This document shows positions 22,906-31,324 of a DNA stretch of 64,000 nt, piece by piece. The translations under genes and the position numbers were made by a program. The notes below the pieces were generated by a model that searched no databases, was not told the origin of the DNA, and saw only the letters and a list, made by a program, of their open reading frames with translations. Source of the DNA: a virus; IMG/VR virus record IMGVR_UViG_3300020204_000008. One strand, written 5' to 3'. The number at the start of each line of letters is the position of its first letter. Position 1 is the stretch's first letter.

Positions 22906-23913
22906 ATGGTAAGTTCACTTTTTAAAGAGCGAGTAGAGTATAAACCGTTTGAATATCCAATATATTACACAGAAGGATGGCTTAAACAGGCTCAAGCCTT
23001 TTGGTTGCACACTGAGATCTCAATGCAAGGGGATCTTAAAGACTGGAATGAAAAACTAAGCAAATCAGAAAAAAACCTAGTCGGTAACATATTATTAGGT
23101 TTTGCTCAAACTGAGTGTGCAGTATCAGATTATTGGACTAGCATGGTGACTAAATGGTTCCCTAAGCATGAGATAAAGCAGATGGCCATGATCTTTGGTT
23201 CTCAGGAAACAATACATGCAACCGCTTATTCATACCTAAATGAGACTCTTGGCCTAGAAGATTTTAAAGGATTCTTACACGAACCGACAATCGCTAATAA
23301 ATTCGAATTTCTTCTTTCAACAGCTAATGATTATACCAATATCGATTTATGTGAATCATCAGATGCCCGCAGAGATGCGGCAAAGTCTCTTGCTATATTT
23401 TCCGCATTTGCCGAAGGAGTATCCCTCTATTCGTCCTTTGCAGTTCTCTATTCTTTTCAAATGAGAGATCTCTTAAAAGGAATAGGCCAACAGATGAAAT
23501 GGTCAGTTAGAGACGAGTCACTACACTCAAAGATGGGTTGTCAGTTATTTCGACACATGTGTGAAGAATATCCTGAATTAAAGGATTCAGTTCAATCACA
23601 AGTCGAAGAGGCTGCCTCTTTAATGGTAGACATGGAACTTCGATTCATCGATAAGATGTTTGAAATGGGAGATCTAGAAAACTTAAAAGCCGATCATCTT
23701 AAAGAATTCATTAAGAAAAGAGCAAACGAGAAGCTAAATGAATTGGGTTACGAATCCATCTTTCACTACAGCGAAGACCTAGCATCTGAACTGGACTGGT
23801 TTTATCATCTTACTGGAGGTGTGACTTGGACAGATTTCTTTGCAATAAGATCAACTGATTATTCTAAAGCTGGAGAATCAGAGGACTGGGACGAAGATTC
23901 ACTTTTTAGTTAA
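22906..23913 (+). CDS. nrdB: Ribonucleotide reductase class Ia beta subunit
   Basis: YKPFEYP, QETIHATAY, FAEGVSLYSSF, VRDESLH di-iron motifs. Confidence 0.96.
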   Translation: MVSSLFKERVEYKPFEYPIYYTEGWLKQAQAFWLHTEISMQGDLKDWNEKLSKSEKNLVGNILLGFAQTECAVSDYWTSMVTKWFPKHEIKQMAMIFGSQETIHATAYSYLNETLGLEDFKGFLHEPTIANKFEFLLSTANDYTNIDLCESSDARRDAAKSLAIFSAFAEGVSLYSSFAVLYSFQMRDLLKGIGQQMKWSVRDESLHSKMGCQLFRHMCEEYPELKDSVQSQVEEAASLMVDMELRFIDKMFEMGDLENLKADHLKEFIKKRANEKLNELGYESIFHYSEDLASELDWFYHLTGGVTWTDFFAIRSTDYSKAGESEDWDEDSLFS

Positions 23914-23924
23914 TCTAAGCAAGC

Positions 23925-24065
23925 ATGAAAGAATTAATCAATCGATTACACAAAGCCGGAACAAACGGTAATTCTAACTATATTATAGTCAGCCCTGAAT
24001 TAGCACTTAAAATAAAAGAAGAAAACAAAAAGAAAAATGGAAGAAAAAGAAATAAATCACGGTGA
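23925..24065 (+). CDS. Small basic hypothetical protein (46 aa)
   Basis: MKELINRLHKAGTNGNSNYIIVSPELALKIKEE...; fills the nrdB-nrdA gap. Confidence 0.35.
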   Translation: MKELINRLHKAGTNGNSNYIIVSPELALKIKEENKKKNGRKRNKSR

Positions 24066-25842
24066 GCCTCAAGGCTGGGAAATAGGAGTACACTTTCCAG
24101 TCTGGGCAAACACTGAAGTATACGTTAAAACAGTTTCTAGAGGATACTTACTAGAGGGAGAAACACCAAAGGATGCATACTGGAGAGTATCAACAGCCGT
24201 TGCTAAAAGACTTAGAAAACCCGAACTTGCCTCCAAGTTCTTTGATTATATGTGGAAAGGATGGTTAAACTTAGCCACCCCAGTATTTTCTAACACCGGC
24301 ACTGAAAGAGGTTTACCTATCTCCTGTTTTGGAATAGACGTCGCCGATTCAATAGCAGACATTGGAATTAAAAACCTTGAACTTATGCTCTTAGCTAAAC
24401 ACGGTGGAGGAGTAGGAATAGGCATCAATCAAGTTCGACCAGCCGGTTCTAAGATATCTCAAAACGGTACTTCAGATGGTGTCGTTCCCTTTTGTAAGAT
24501 CTATGATTCAGCAGTATTAGCTACTAATCAAGGGAACGTAAGAAGAGGTGCTGCCTCAGTCAATATTGATATTGAACATGGAGACTTTTGGGATTGGTTA
24601 GAGATTAGGGAACCTAAAGGGGATGTTAATCGTCAATGTTTAAACCTTCATCAATGCGTGATAGTATCAGACGATTTTATGCAAAGACTCGAACACGGCG
24701 ATAAGGAAGCTCGACGCAGATGGGCAGCAGTGTTGAGGAAACGCAAGGCCACTGGCGAGCCATATATCATGTATAAAGGAAACGTTAACCGTCAGAGCCC
24801 AGAAGCCTATAAAAAGAACGGGCTTAAGGTATACATGACCAATATCTGTAGCGAGATCACTCTACATACTGATGAGAACCACTCATTTGTTTGCTGTTTA
24901 TCTTCGCTAAACCTAGCAAAATACGATGAGTGGAAAGACACCGATCTGATCTATACTGCTACTTGGTTTCTGGATGGAGTCTTGGAAGAGTTTATCCAAC
25001 GTGCTAAATACATGAGAGGATTTGAAAACTCAGTAAGATCTGCAGAAAAAGGTAGAGCTCTAGGCTTAGGCGTCCTAGGTTGGCACACTTATCTACAAAA
25101 TAAGAATATCCCGTTTGATTCTCTACCTGCTCAGTTTGAGACCAGAAAGATCTTTTCTCAATTAAAGATTGAGAGCGAAAGAGCAAGTAGAGACATGGCT
25201 AGAGAATTTGGAGAGCCCCTATGGTGTGTTGGTACTGGAATGAGAAACACTCACTTAAGAGCCATCGCGCCCACCGTTTCTAACTCAAAGCTTTCAGGTA
25301 ATGTTTCAGCGGGTATCGAGCCTTGGGCAGCAAACGTCTTTACCGAACAGACTGCAAAAGGAACCTTTATTCGTAAGAATCCATCACTAGAAAAAGTTCT
25401 TGAAAAGATTGGACAAAACACTCGAGAAGTTTGGGATCAGATCTTAATTGACGGCGGTTCTGTTCAGGGACTAGATTTTATGGATAACTATCGAGTAAAA
25501 CTTGGAGAATCTAGCAACCCTATCACACTTAATAAGTTTTCTAAGCTTCCTGAAATTGAACAAAGTCAATATGTTCCTCTAAAGGAAGTATACTTAACAT
25601 TTAAGGAAATAAATCAACTTGAATTAGTTCGTCAAGCCGGGCTACGACAGCAATATATAGATCAAGCAGTTTCCTTAAACCTAGCATTTCCGACTGACGC
25701 TGAGCCCAAGTTTATTAATCAAGTTCACCTAGAAGCATATCAATCAGGCATCAAGACCCTTTATTATATGCGAACTGAATCTGTTCTTAGAGGAGATATT
25801 TCTGCCAGAGCAATGGCCGATTGTTTAAGCTGTGATGGGTAA
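24037..25842 (+). CDS. nrdA: Ribonucleotide reductase class Ia alpha subunit (no ATP cone)
   Basis: PISCF, TNICSEI, CCLSSLNL, AIAPTVS, TLYYMR, C-terminal CLSCDG. Confidence 0.97.
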   Translation: MEEKEINHGEPQGWEIGVHFPVWANTEVYVKTVSRGYLLEGETPKDAYWRVSTAVAKRLRKPELASKFFDYMWKGWLNLATPVFSNTGTERGLPISCFGIDVADSIADIGIKNLELMLLAKHGGGVGIGINQVRPAGSKISQNGTSDGVVPFCKIYDSAVLATNQGNVRRGAASVNIDIEHGDFWDWLEIREPKGDVNRQCLNLHQCVIVSDDFMQRLEHGDKEARRRWAAVLRKRKATGEPYIMYKGNVNRQSPEAYKKNGLKVYMTNICSEITLHTDENHSFVCCLSSLNLAKYDEWKDTDLIYTATWFLDGVLEEFIQRAKYMRGFENSVRSAEKGRALGLGVLGWHTYLQNKNIPFDSLPAQFETRKIFSQLKIESERASRDMAREFGEPLWCVGTGMRNTHLRAIAPTVSNSKLSGNVSAGIEPWAANVFTEQTAKGTFIRKNPSLEKVLEKIGQNTREVWDQILIDGGSVQGLDFMDNYRVKLGESSNPITLNKFSKLPEIEQSQYVPLKEVYLTFKEINQLELVRQAGLRQQYIDQAVSLNLAFPTDAEPKFINQVHLEAYQSGIKTLYYMRTESVLRGDISARAMADCLSCDG

Positions 25843-25867
25843 CCATCAATAAAAACATAATATGATG

Positions 25868-25971
25868 CAGCAAATAACTTTTACTGCTTTTTTTAAATAA
25901 ATAATAAAAAATCTAGTCTCATGCTTAAGTCATTCATTCAATTTATAAATGAGAATAAAAAAGATAATGAA
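25868..25971 (+). repeat. Direct repeat copy 1 (terminator + late promoter + start of tagged ORF)
   Basis: Imperfect repeat of about 100 bp matching 26538-26640; perfect 32-bp core ATAAATAATAAAAAATCTAGTCTCATGCTTAA at 25897-25928. Confidence 0.9.
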
Positions 25972-26535
25972 GTTGACCCTTCTTTAAGTAAAAAATTTAA
26001 TTTCTATTCTATTCCTGGAGGTAAGGGTAACTATAGATCAGCACAAATTACTATGGATGATTACCCTGGAATAATTACAAAATATGGGATTAAAAACATT
26101 ATTAGAATGAATGGAGATGGACACGATTCTAAACACAGAGGAGCATATCCGGAAACTTCTAGAAGGGAGGAAGAAGAGATGTGTAAAAAATTAGGTTGTA
26201 CCTTTAATTTTATAAATGCCCATGAAGGATATTTATCTGGAAAAGGGTATGTGGGGTCATTGAAAAAAATATTACCTATTCTAAAGAAAGGAAATACATT
26301 GGTTCATTGTGCACATGGGGCGGATAGGACAGGGTATGTAGTTGCTTCCCACCTTCGGGATATTGGAGTGATGGTGGATAAAGATAAATTGTGGGAATAT
26401 ACAACTCAATATAATGGTTGGCAAAATATGGTAAATAAAGGAAATTTTTTCGGAACTGGATATGCTAAATATGCTGATGCTTTTTACCCTATACAAGAAT
26501 TAAAAAAGAAACATAAAATAATTAAAAAAATATAA
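25921..26535 (+). CDS. Tyrosine/dual-specificity phosphatase (CX5R) with N-terminal capsid-targeting-like tag
   Basis: YRSAQ, GIKNIIRM, VHCAHGADRTG P-loop; N-terminus MLKSFIQFINE. Confidence 0.85.
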   Translation: MLKSFIQFINENKKDNEVDPSLSKKFNFYSIPGGKGNYRSAQITMDDYPGIITKYGIKNIIRMNGDGHDSKHRGAYPETSRREEEEMCKKLGCTFNFINAHEGYLSGKGYVGSLKKILPILKKGNTLVHCAHGADRTGYVVASHLRDIGVMVDKDKLWEYTTQYNGWQNMVNKGNFFGTGYAKYADAFYPIQELKKKHKIIKKI

Positions 26536-26537
26536 AA

Positions 26538-26640
26538 CAGTAAATACCTTTTACTGCTTTTTTTGTTTAGATAAATAATAAAAAATCTAGTCTCATGCTT
26601 AATTTCAATCAATTCATAAATGAGAGTAAAGACAATGAAT
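26538..26640 (+). repeat. Direct repeat copy 2
   Basis: Perfect 32-bp core at 26571-26602; preceded by the CAGTAAA/TTTACTG hairpin and a T-run. Confidence 0.9.
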
Positions 26641-26828
26641 TTGAATCTATCGAAAAAGGAGACACCATTCGCTGGATGGGAACTCGGTGTCAAGTTAAAA
26701 GAGCAACTGACGGTGTGATCACGATCGCTGGAAAAAACAAAGACATCCAAATAAATCGAGGAATGTGGAAGGAGAGAGGAGGAGTCATTATCGAAAAAAA
26801 GAAAGATTCTAACAAAGATGAAAAATAA
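26595..26828 (+). CDS. Small putative internal head protein (SH3/KOW-like beta fold)
   Basis: MLNFNQFINE tag; late promoter upstream. Confidence 0.6.
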   Translation: MLNFNQFINESKDNEFESIEKGDTIRWMGTRCQVKRATDGVITIAGKNKDIQINRGMWKERGGVIIEKKKDSNKDEK

Positions 26829-27330
26829 ACACATTAAAGGATATTCTGATTTTTTATTTGAACAGGACACGGCAGCCCCACCACCAATGCCTGGAGCTCC
26901 ACCGATGCCTGGAGCACCTGGAGCACCCGGTGCAAAACCAGTGGAATATAAATTCATATTTATGACTGGCCCAGAAGATGCAGGTACTTCTCGAAGAAAA
27001 TATCCAGACGGTAGTGTAGTTATCGAATATCCATGCTATTCTATTAAAAAAGATAAATTACAAGCTTGGATCAAGGAAAACATCATTTCTTCAGAAAAAA
27101 ATGAGTTGAACAAGCCCGAAATAGAGATTCGTCAGAAAAGCTTAGAGGACATAATTAAAGGAGATCGTACTAATATCTCAAGCGACGATCTTCCATTTAT
27201 TGAAAAGTTAAAAAACGCAGTGTCAGCCAACCTAATTGCTAAAAAATTATCAGACGTTACTGTTGTTTTCTCAAACAGTACCCCGACCACTGATGAGATT
27301 GAGGTGACTTTTATAAAACATAAGAGATAA
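26818..27330 (+). CDS. Putative internal head protein with Pro/Gly-rich linker
   Basis: HIKGYSDFLFE tag followed by PPPMPGAPPMPGAPGAPGA. Confidence 0.6.
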   Translation: MKNKHIKGYSDFLFEQDTAAPPPMPGAPPMPGAPGAPGAKPVEYKFIFMTGPEDAGTSRRKYPDGSVVIEYPCYSIKKDKLQAWIKENIISSEKNELNKPEIEIRQKSLEDIIKGDRTNISSDDLPFIEKLKNAVSANLIAKKLSDVTVVFSNSTPTTDEIEVTFIKHKR

Positions 27331-28079
27331 TGCTTAAATCGTTCATTCAATTCATAAATGAGAGTGTGGAGAGCAAGGAAGAGTTTGTCAAGAGATTAGC
27401 TCAGACTCTAATCACCAAGATTCGTACCTCTTCAATGGAAGAGAGTACCGAATACTCTGTTTTTTCTGGAATGGAATTTATTGAACCATTTACGTTTGAC
27501 CTAATCATAAACGTTCGTCGAGACTCTTCACCCGACTTTGAAGAAGACAGCCACTTTGAGGATTTACCCTGGGAAAAGCTAAACTATGATAAGCTAGGCT
27601 ACAGCATAGATGCTAATACTCGAATGAGTCGTGATCAGTCAAGCGTGCCAAAAATCATATTCCATATCATCTTAAATCCTAGAAAGGAACCTCTTTTATA
27701 CAGCAAACTACAGTATCGATTAATCGATATCCTAGCGCATGAAACAAATCATCTAGATCAGTTAGGAATGAATCGTACTCCTTTTAATTCTCACGTAAGC
27801 AGTAAAAGTGAACGTGAAGGAGCTAAAAAAAGTTATCGATACTTTTTACTAATGGATGAAATAGAATCGATGATTGAAGGAATGTATCAAAGTTCAAAGG
27901 AACAGGGTTGTCCAATCGATCAAGTATTCGATGACTACCTTCTACCGTTTATTGAATCTGGATATATGAGCGAGTCAGAATACAAACACGTAATGGAAGC
28001 ATGGGTTACCCGAGCAGTAGAATTATATCCAGACGCTACTTTTTCAAGTAAAGTAGACGATATCGTTAACTCAATATAA
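27330..28079 (+). CDS. Putative internal head protein with HExxH metallopeptidase-like motif
   Basis: MLKSFIQFINE tag; ILAHETNHLDQ and a downstream YF...DEIES third-ligand-like segment. Confidence 0.6.
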   Translation: MLKSFIQFINESVESKEEFVKRLAQTLITKIRTSSMEESTEYSVFSGMEFIEPFTFDLIINVRRDSSPDFEEDSHFEDLPWEKLNYDKLGYSIDANTRMSRDQSSVPKIIFHIILNPRKEPLLYSKLQYRLIDILAHETNHLDQLGMNRTPFNSHVSSKSEREGAKKSYRYFLLMDEIESMIEGMYQSSKEQGCPIDQVFDDYLLPFIESGYMSESEYKHVMEAWVTRAVELYPDATFSSKVDDIVNSI

Positions 28080-28106
28080 AAACCAAATCCATCTTATTAA
28101 GTATAA
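28079..28106 (+). promoter_or_regulatory. Early/middle promoter motif AAAAC-N17-GTATAA
   Basis: Recurrent bipartite motif. Confidence 0.6.
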
Positions 28107-28127
28107 TACTCTAAAAAAGTATTAAAT

Positions 28128-28397
28128 ATGAACGATTTTGAAAAATTAAAAGCGGAGATTGCATCAGCACAGTCTGCAATCTTTGAACCTATTGTTTCTC
28201 TTGTATCAGCCGCAGAAGACGATGCTGATAAGTATTATGGAAAAGGCGTAAAAAGCGCTGGAAACAGACTTAAAAAGAAAATGCAAGAGATCAGAAAAGC
28301 AATCAAGCATCCAGCAGTTAAGGCTGAGATGACCAAAATTCAAGAAGGAGCAAAAAATCTTCGTCAGACTTTGACCGACGAAATCTCTTCTAAGTAA
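28128..28397 (+). CDS. Hc1/'histone H1'-like small basic nucleoid protein
   Basis: AEDDADKYYGKGVKSAGNRLKKKMQEI resembles the Bacteroidota 'histone H1' family pattern (DAxKFxxKGNxAAGTRxRK); own promoter and terminator. Confidence 0.65.
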   Translation: MNDFEKLKAEIASAQSAIFEPIVSLVSAAEDDADKYYGKGVKSAGNRLKKKMQEIRKAIKHPAVKAEMTKIQEGAKNLRQTLTDEISSK

Positions 28398-28420
28398 TTT
28401 ACTCCCCCAACCTATAAACA

Positions 28421-28452
28421 AAAAAAATGCCTCTTTTTGAGGCATTTTTTTT
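28421..28452 (+). terminator. Intrinsic terminator
   Basis: AAAAAAATGCCTC-TTTTT-GAGGCATTTTTTT. Confidence 0.85.
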
Positions 28453-28460
28453 GTTTTTTA

Positions 28461-28487
28461 AAAACTTTTATCGAATTACCAGTAAAA
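28461..28487 (+). promoter_or_regulatory. Early/middle promoter motif AAAAC-N16-GTAAAA
   Basis: After terminator, upstream of the SSB gene. Confidence 0.55.
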
Positions 28488-28509
28488 GAATATAAAAATA
28501 ACAAAAATT

Positions 28510-29544
28510 ATGACAGATTTTTTTGATTTACCAGAAGAGAGCTTTTCAAAGAAACCTCAGGCTGGTGGCAGTAAAAAAGTGGATCCAAACATCTATGATC
28601 CAGATCCAAATGCGCACAGCGGTTCGTATAAATCAGTTTTTCGATTTATCCCGTATGTGTTTGACAAAACCAAGAGCAAGTACACCAAGTACACTGCTAA
28701 GTTTTGGAATCCTTTAACTAAGGAATCCGTAATCGTTGATTGTCCATCAAACGTTGAAAAACCATCAATTCTTTGGACGATGGAATCCGTTCTTCGTTCT
28801 CTAAAGAAAGAGGAACCTGAAATCGTTGATGAAATCGGCAAAAATTTCTCAAGATGGAATACTAGCCATTCAGCAGTATACATCAAGAAAGATCCACAAA
28901 GACCTGACCTAGAGGGCACGATCAAGATCTTTAAGTTTAGAAATCAGATCGGAATGTTGATCGATCAGTTAGTAAATCCTGAAGAATTAGAAGGTCTCTC
29001 TACTGGAAAAAAGGTAAATCCTTATCACCTATTAGAAGGAAAAGATTTCCTTTGCGTTGTAGGTAAAAAAACCAAGGACTTTAGAGATTGGTCTAAATGT
29101 AAATTCATGGACGAGGTAACTCCATTCATGTTTAAGATCGGTGACACTCAAGTTCAAGTTAAGAATGATGAAAAATCAGTTAAGCTTGTGACTGAGTTCA
29201 TGACTAAAAACACTCCAAAAATAGATGAGTATTTTCACCAAGAGTGGACCGAGGAAACTTTTTCTAAAGTCGCGGAAGCAATCATTGCAGCAGTTCCTCA
29301 AAGAGAAGTATTGGAGATGATACTTGAAAAGAGTAAGGATACTAAGATGAACGATCTTATCAGAGCTAAAATGAAACCTGGAAAATCAAACGCTTCTAAA
29401 GCCAGCGTTAATGATGACCTTGAGTTTAAGAGCTCCACTGCAACTAAATCTATTTTTGAAGAGGAAAATGGAGTTGATACAGCAGTAACAACTTCTGCTG
29501 ATTCTGAAGATGACGAGTACGATTCATTATTCTCAAATCTATAA
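28510..29544 (+). CDS. gp32: gp32-like single-stranded DNA-binding protein
   Basis: SVFRFIP, YIKKDPQRPDLEGTIKIFKF, NPYHLLEGKDF motifs; acidic C-terminal tail. Confidence 0.85.
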   Translation: MTDFFDLPEESFSKKPQAGGSKKVDPNIYDPDPNAHSGSYKSVFRFIPYVFDKTKSKYTKYTAKFWNPLTKESVIVDCPSNVEKPSILWTMESVLRSLKKEEPEIVDEIGKNFSRWNTSHSAVYIKKDPQRPDLEGTIKIFKFRNQIGMLIDQLVNPEELEGLSTGKKVNPYHLLEGKDFLCVVGKKTKDFRDWSKCKFMDEVTPFMFKIGDTQVQVKNDEKSVKLVTEFMTKNTPKIDEYFHQEWTEETFSKVAEAIIAAVPQREVLEMILEKSKDTKMNDLIRAKMKPGKSNASKASVNDDLEFKSSTATKSIFEEENGVDTAVTTSADSEDDEYDSLFSNL

Positions 29545-29559
29545 AAATAATAACAACGC

Positions 29560-29847
29560 ATGGAAAATAATAAAGAAACTTCAGTTACTATCGAAAAGGA
29601 GAACAGACAGACCTCTGAAAATCCTCAAAATATCCTATTTGGATCAATTACATATGCTGATGATCAAGCATATGAGGATTTTATCAGCGGAATGAATATT
29701 AGCCAAGCTTTATTTGTTTTAATCGCATCAGCTAACTATTCTCAAGCAAAAGGAGGATTCAACCTATTAGAATCTGAGACTCTTTCTGCAGCAATTAGAG
29801 CAATTCGCAAGACCAGCGAGAAAAACGAATCACAAGATAAAAATTAA
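29560..29847 (+). CDS. Hypothetical protein
   Basis: ORF in replication operon. Confidence 0.6.
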   Translation: MENNKETSVTIEKENRQTSENPQNILFGSITYADDQAYEDFISGMNISQALFVLIASANYSQAKGGFNLLESETLSAAIRAIRKTSEKNESQDKN

Positions 29848-29856
29848 AAAGTTAAC

Positions 29857-30996
29857 ATGGACTTAATCATAGACGGAAACGCCTTTATTAATGTCGCGAT
29901 CAGCGTCACCAAGTCTCTATCTTTCAAAGATAAAAGGACCGGTGACGCTTATTATGTTAATGATCTTTTTAATGATGATGGATTTATACTAAAGGAACAC
30001 GTAAGAGTGACCTTTAGAAATTTCTGTTTTACTTACTTAAATTCCCTAATCACACCGATCTCCTCTCATCCAGAAAGAGTTCATATCGTGTTTGATTCAA
30101 CTAGTTGGAGAAAAGAGTATACTAATGAGTTTTTTAAAAACTCTGACTTTAAGACTTCTTCCGCACCAGCTGAGTTTAAATACAAGGGAAATCGTAAGTA
30201 TGACGACCATCAATATCTCTTCTTTGATTATTTTCAACAAGCGATCATGCCTCAATTGGTAGATCGAGCTGGAATAAATCAATATAAGTTTAGAGGTACT
30301 GAAGGAGATGACATCATTGCATATCTGTGTGACATAATTAACGACGATATTCTGATCTACTCAGTCGATCAGGATTTAAAACAATTGACAGGTACACCCA
30401 ATAAAAACGTGCTACTTATCACACCTAAGCAAATGGCTAAAAGTAAGAGGCTATTTGTCCCGACACAACTTGTTCCAACCGCAGCTGAAGAAGAAGTCGA
30501 TAACTTCTTTTCTATAAACGATGCTCACATCACTGGCGCAACCATTGAAAAGACGATCCTAAATCTTACCGGAAAGGACTATGTTGAACATAAAGTAGAT
30601 TTAGTTGAAGACATATTAAGTAAGATATTATTAGGTGATAAGTCAGACAATATTCCAAAGATAACTAGCGTGTCCCCGGCAAAAGCCAAAAAAGTGATTA
30701 CTGCAGTACAGGAAAAGTTCGGAGAAAGCGTCATTTCTCTACTAGATGACTTGAATGAATCTGTCATCAGTGGAGTAGTTGAAGAGATTCAAATAATCAA
30801 CAAGATTAAAGACCAAGATAAAATAGATGAGATCAGAGAACACCTATTGTTTAACATTAGATTAACTCGTCTCTCCATTAAAGTTTTCCCAGATGAGATC
30901 CTAGAATCTCTAGTTGAATTCTTTAACAATTATCAGATTTCTAGATTTAATTTTAGAGAATTTACTAACTTAAAAAATAATTTATCATCATTATGA
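29857..30996 (+). CDS. rnh: 5'-3' exonuclease / T4 RNase H-like (FEN family)
   Basis: LIIDGN, VFDSTSWRK, YKGNRK, EGDDII, SVDQDLKQL, LLGDKSDNIP. Confidence 0.92.
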   Translation: MDLIIDGNAFINVAISVTKSLSFKDKRTGDAYYVNDLFNDDGFILKEHVRVTFRNFCFTYLNSLITPISSHPERVHIVFDSTSWRKEYTNEFFKNSDFKTSSAPAEFKYKGNRKYDDHQYLFFDYFQQAIMPQLVDRAGINQYKFRGTEGDDIIAYLCDIINDDILIYSVDQDLKQLTGTPNKNVLLITPKQMAKSKRLFVPTQLVPTAAEEEVDNFFSINDAHITGATIEKTILNLTGKDYVEHKVDLVEDILSKILLGDKSDNIPKITSVSPAKAKKVITAVQEKFGESVISLLDDLNESVISGVVEEIQIINKIKDQDKIDEIREHLLFNIRLTRLSIKVFPDEILESLVEFFNNYQISRFNFREFTNLKNNLSSL

Positions 30997-31292
30997 AGCC
31001 TCTATATGAAAGAGTATTAGTTAAACCTAAAGATAAGGAGACTAGAACAAAACAAGGAATCATGCTTCCAGAAAAAGCAGTTAAAAAACCAAATATTGGA
31101 GTTGTTATTAACTGCGGCGACGGGACCAAGCATAACGAAATGGTAGTTAAACCTGGAGACCAGATCCTATTCAATAGATATGCTGGACTGGAGTTATTCT
31201 ATAAAGGAGAAAAACATTACGTCATTATGGCAAATGAAATCATTGGAATCTTAGATGATCCGAATGATATTTCTCTCGAAGAATTTAACTAA
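30993..31292 (+). CDS. groES: Co-chaperonin GroES
   Basis: MKPLYERVLVK...GIMLPEKA...VKPGDQILF...YAG. Confidence 0.95.
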   Translation: MKPLYERVLVKPKDKETRTKQGIMLPEKAVKKPNIGVVINCGDGTKHNEMVVKPGDQILFNRYAGLELFYKGEKHYVIMANEIIGILDDPNDISLEEFN

Positions 31293-31297
31293 AAAGA

Positions 31298-31324
31298 AAG
31301 AGGAGCTAACTGCTCCTCTTTTTT
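31298..31324. terminator. Bidirectional terminator between convergent genes
   Basis: AAGAGGAGC-TAACT-GCTCCTCTT flanked by A and T runs. Confidence 0.8.
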
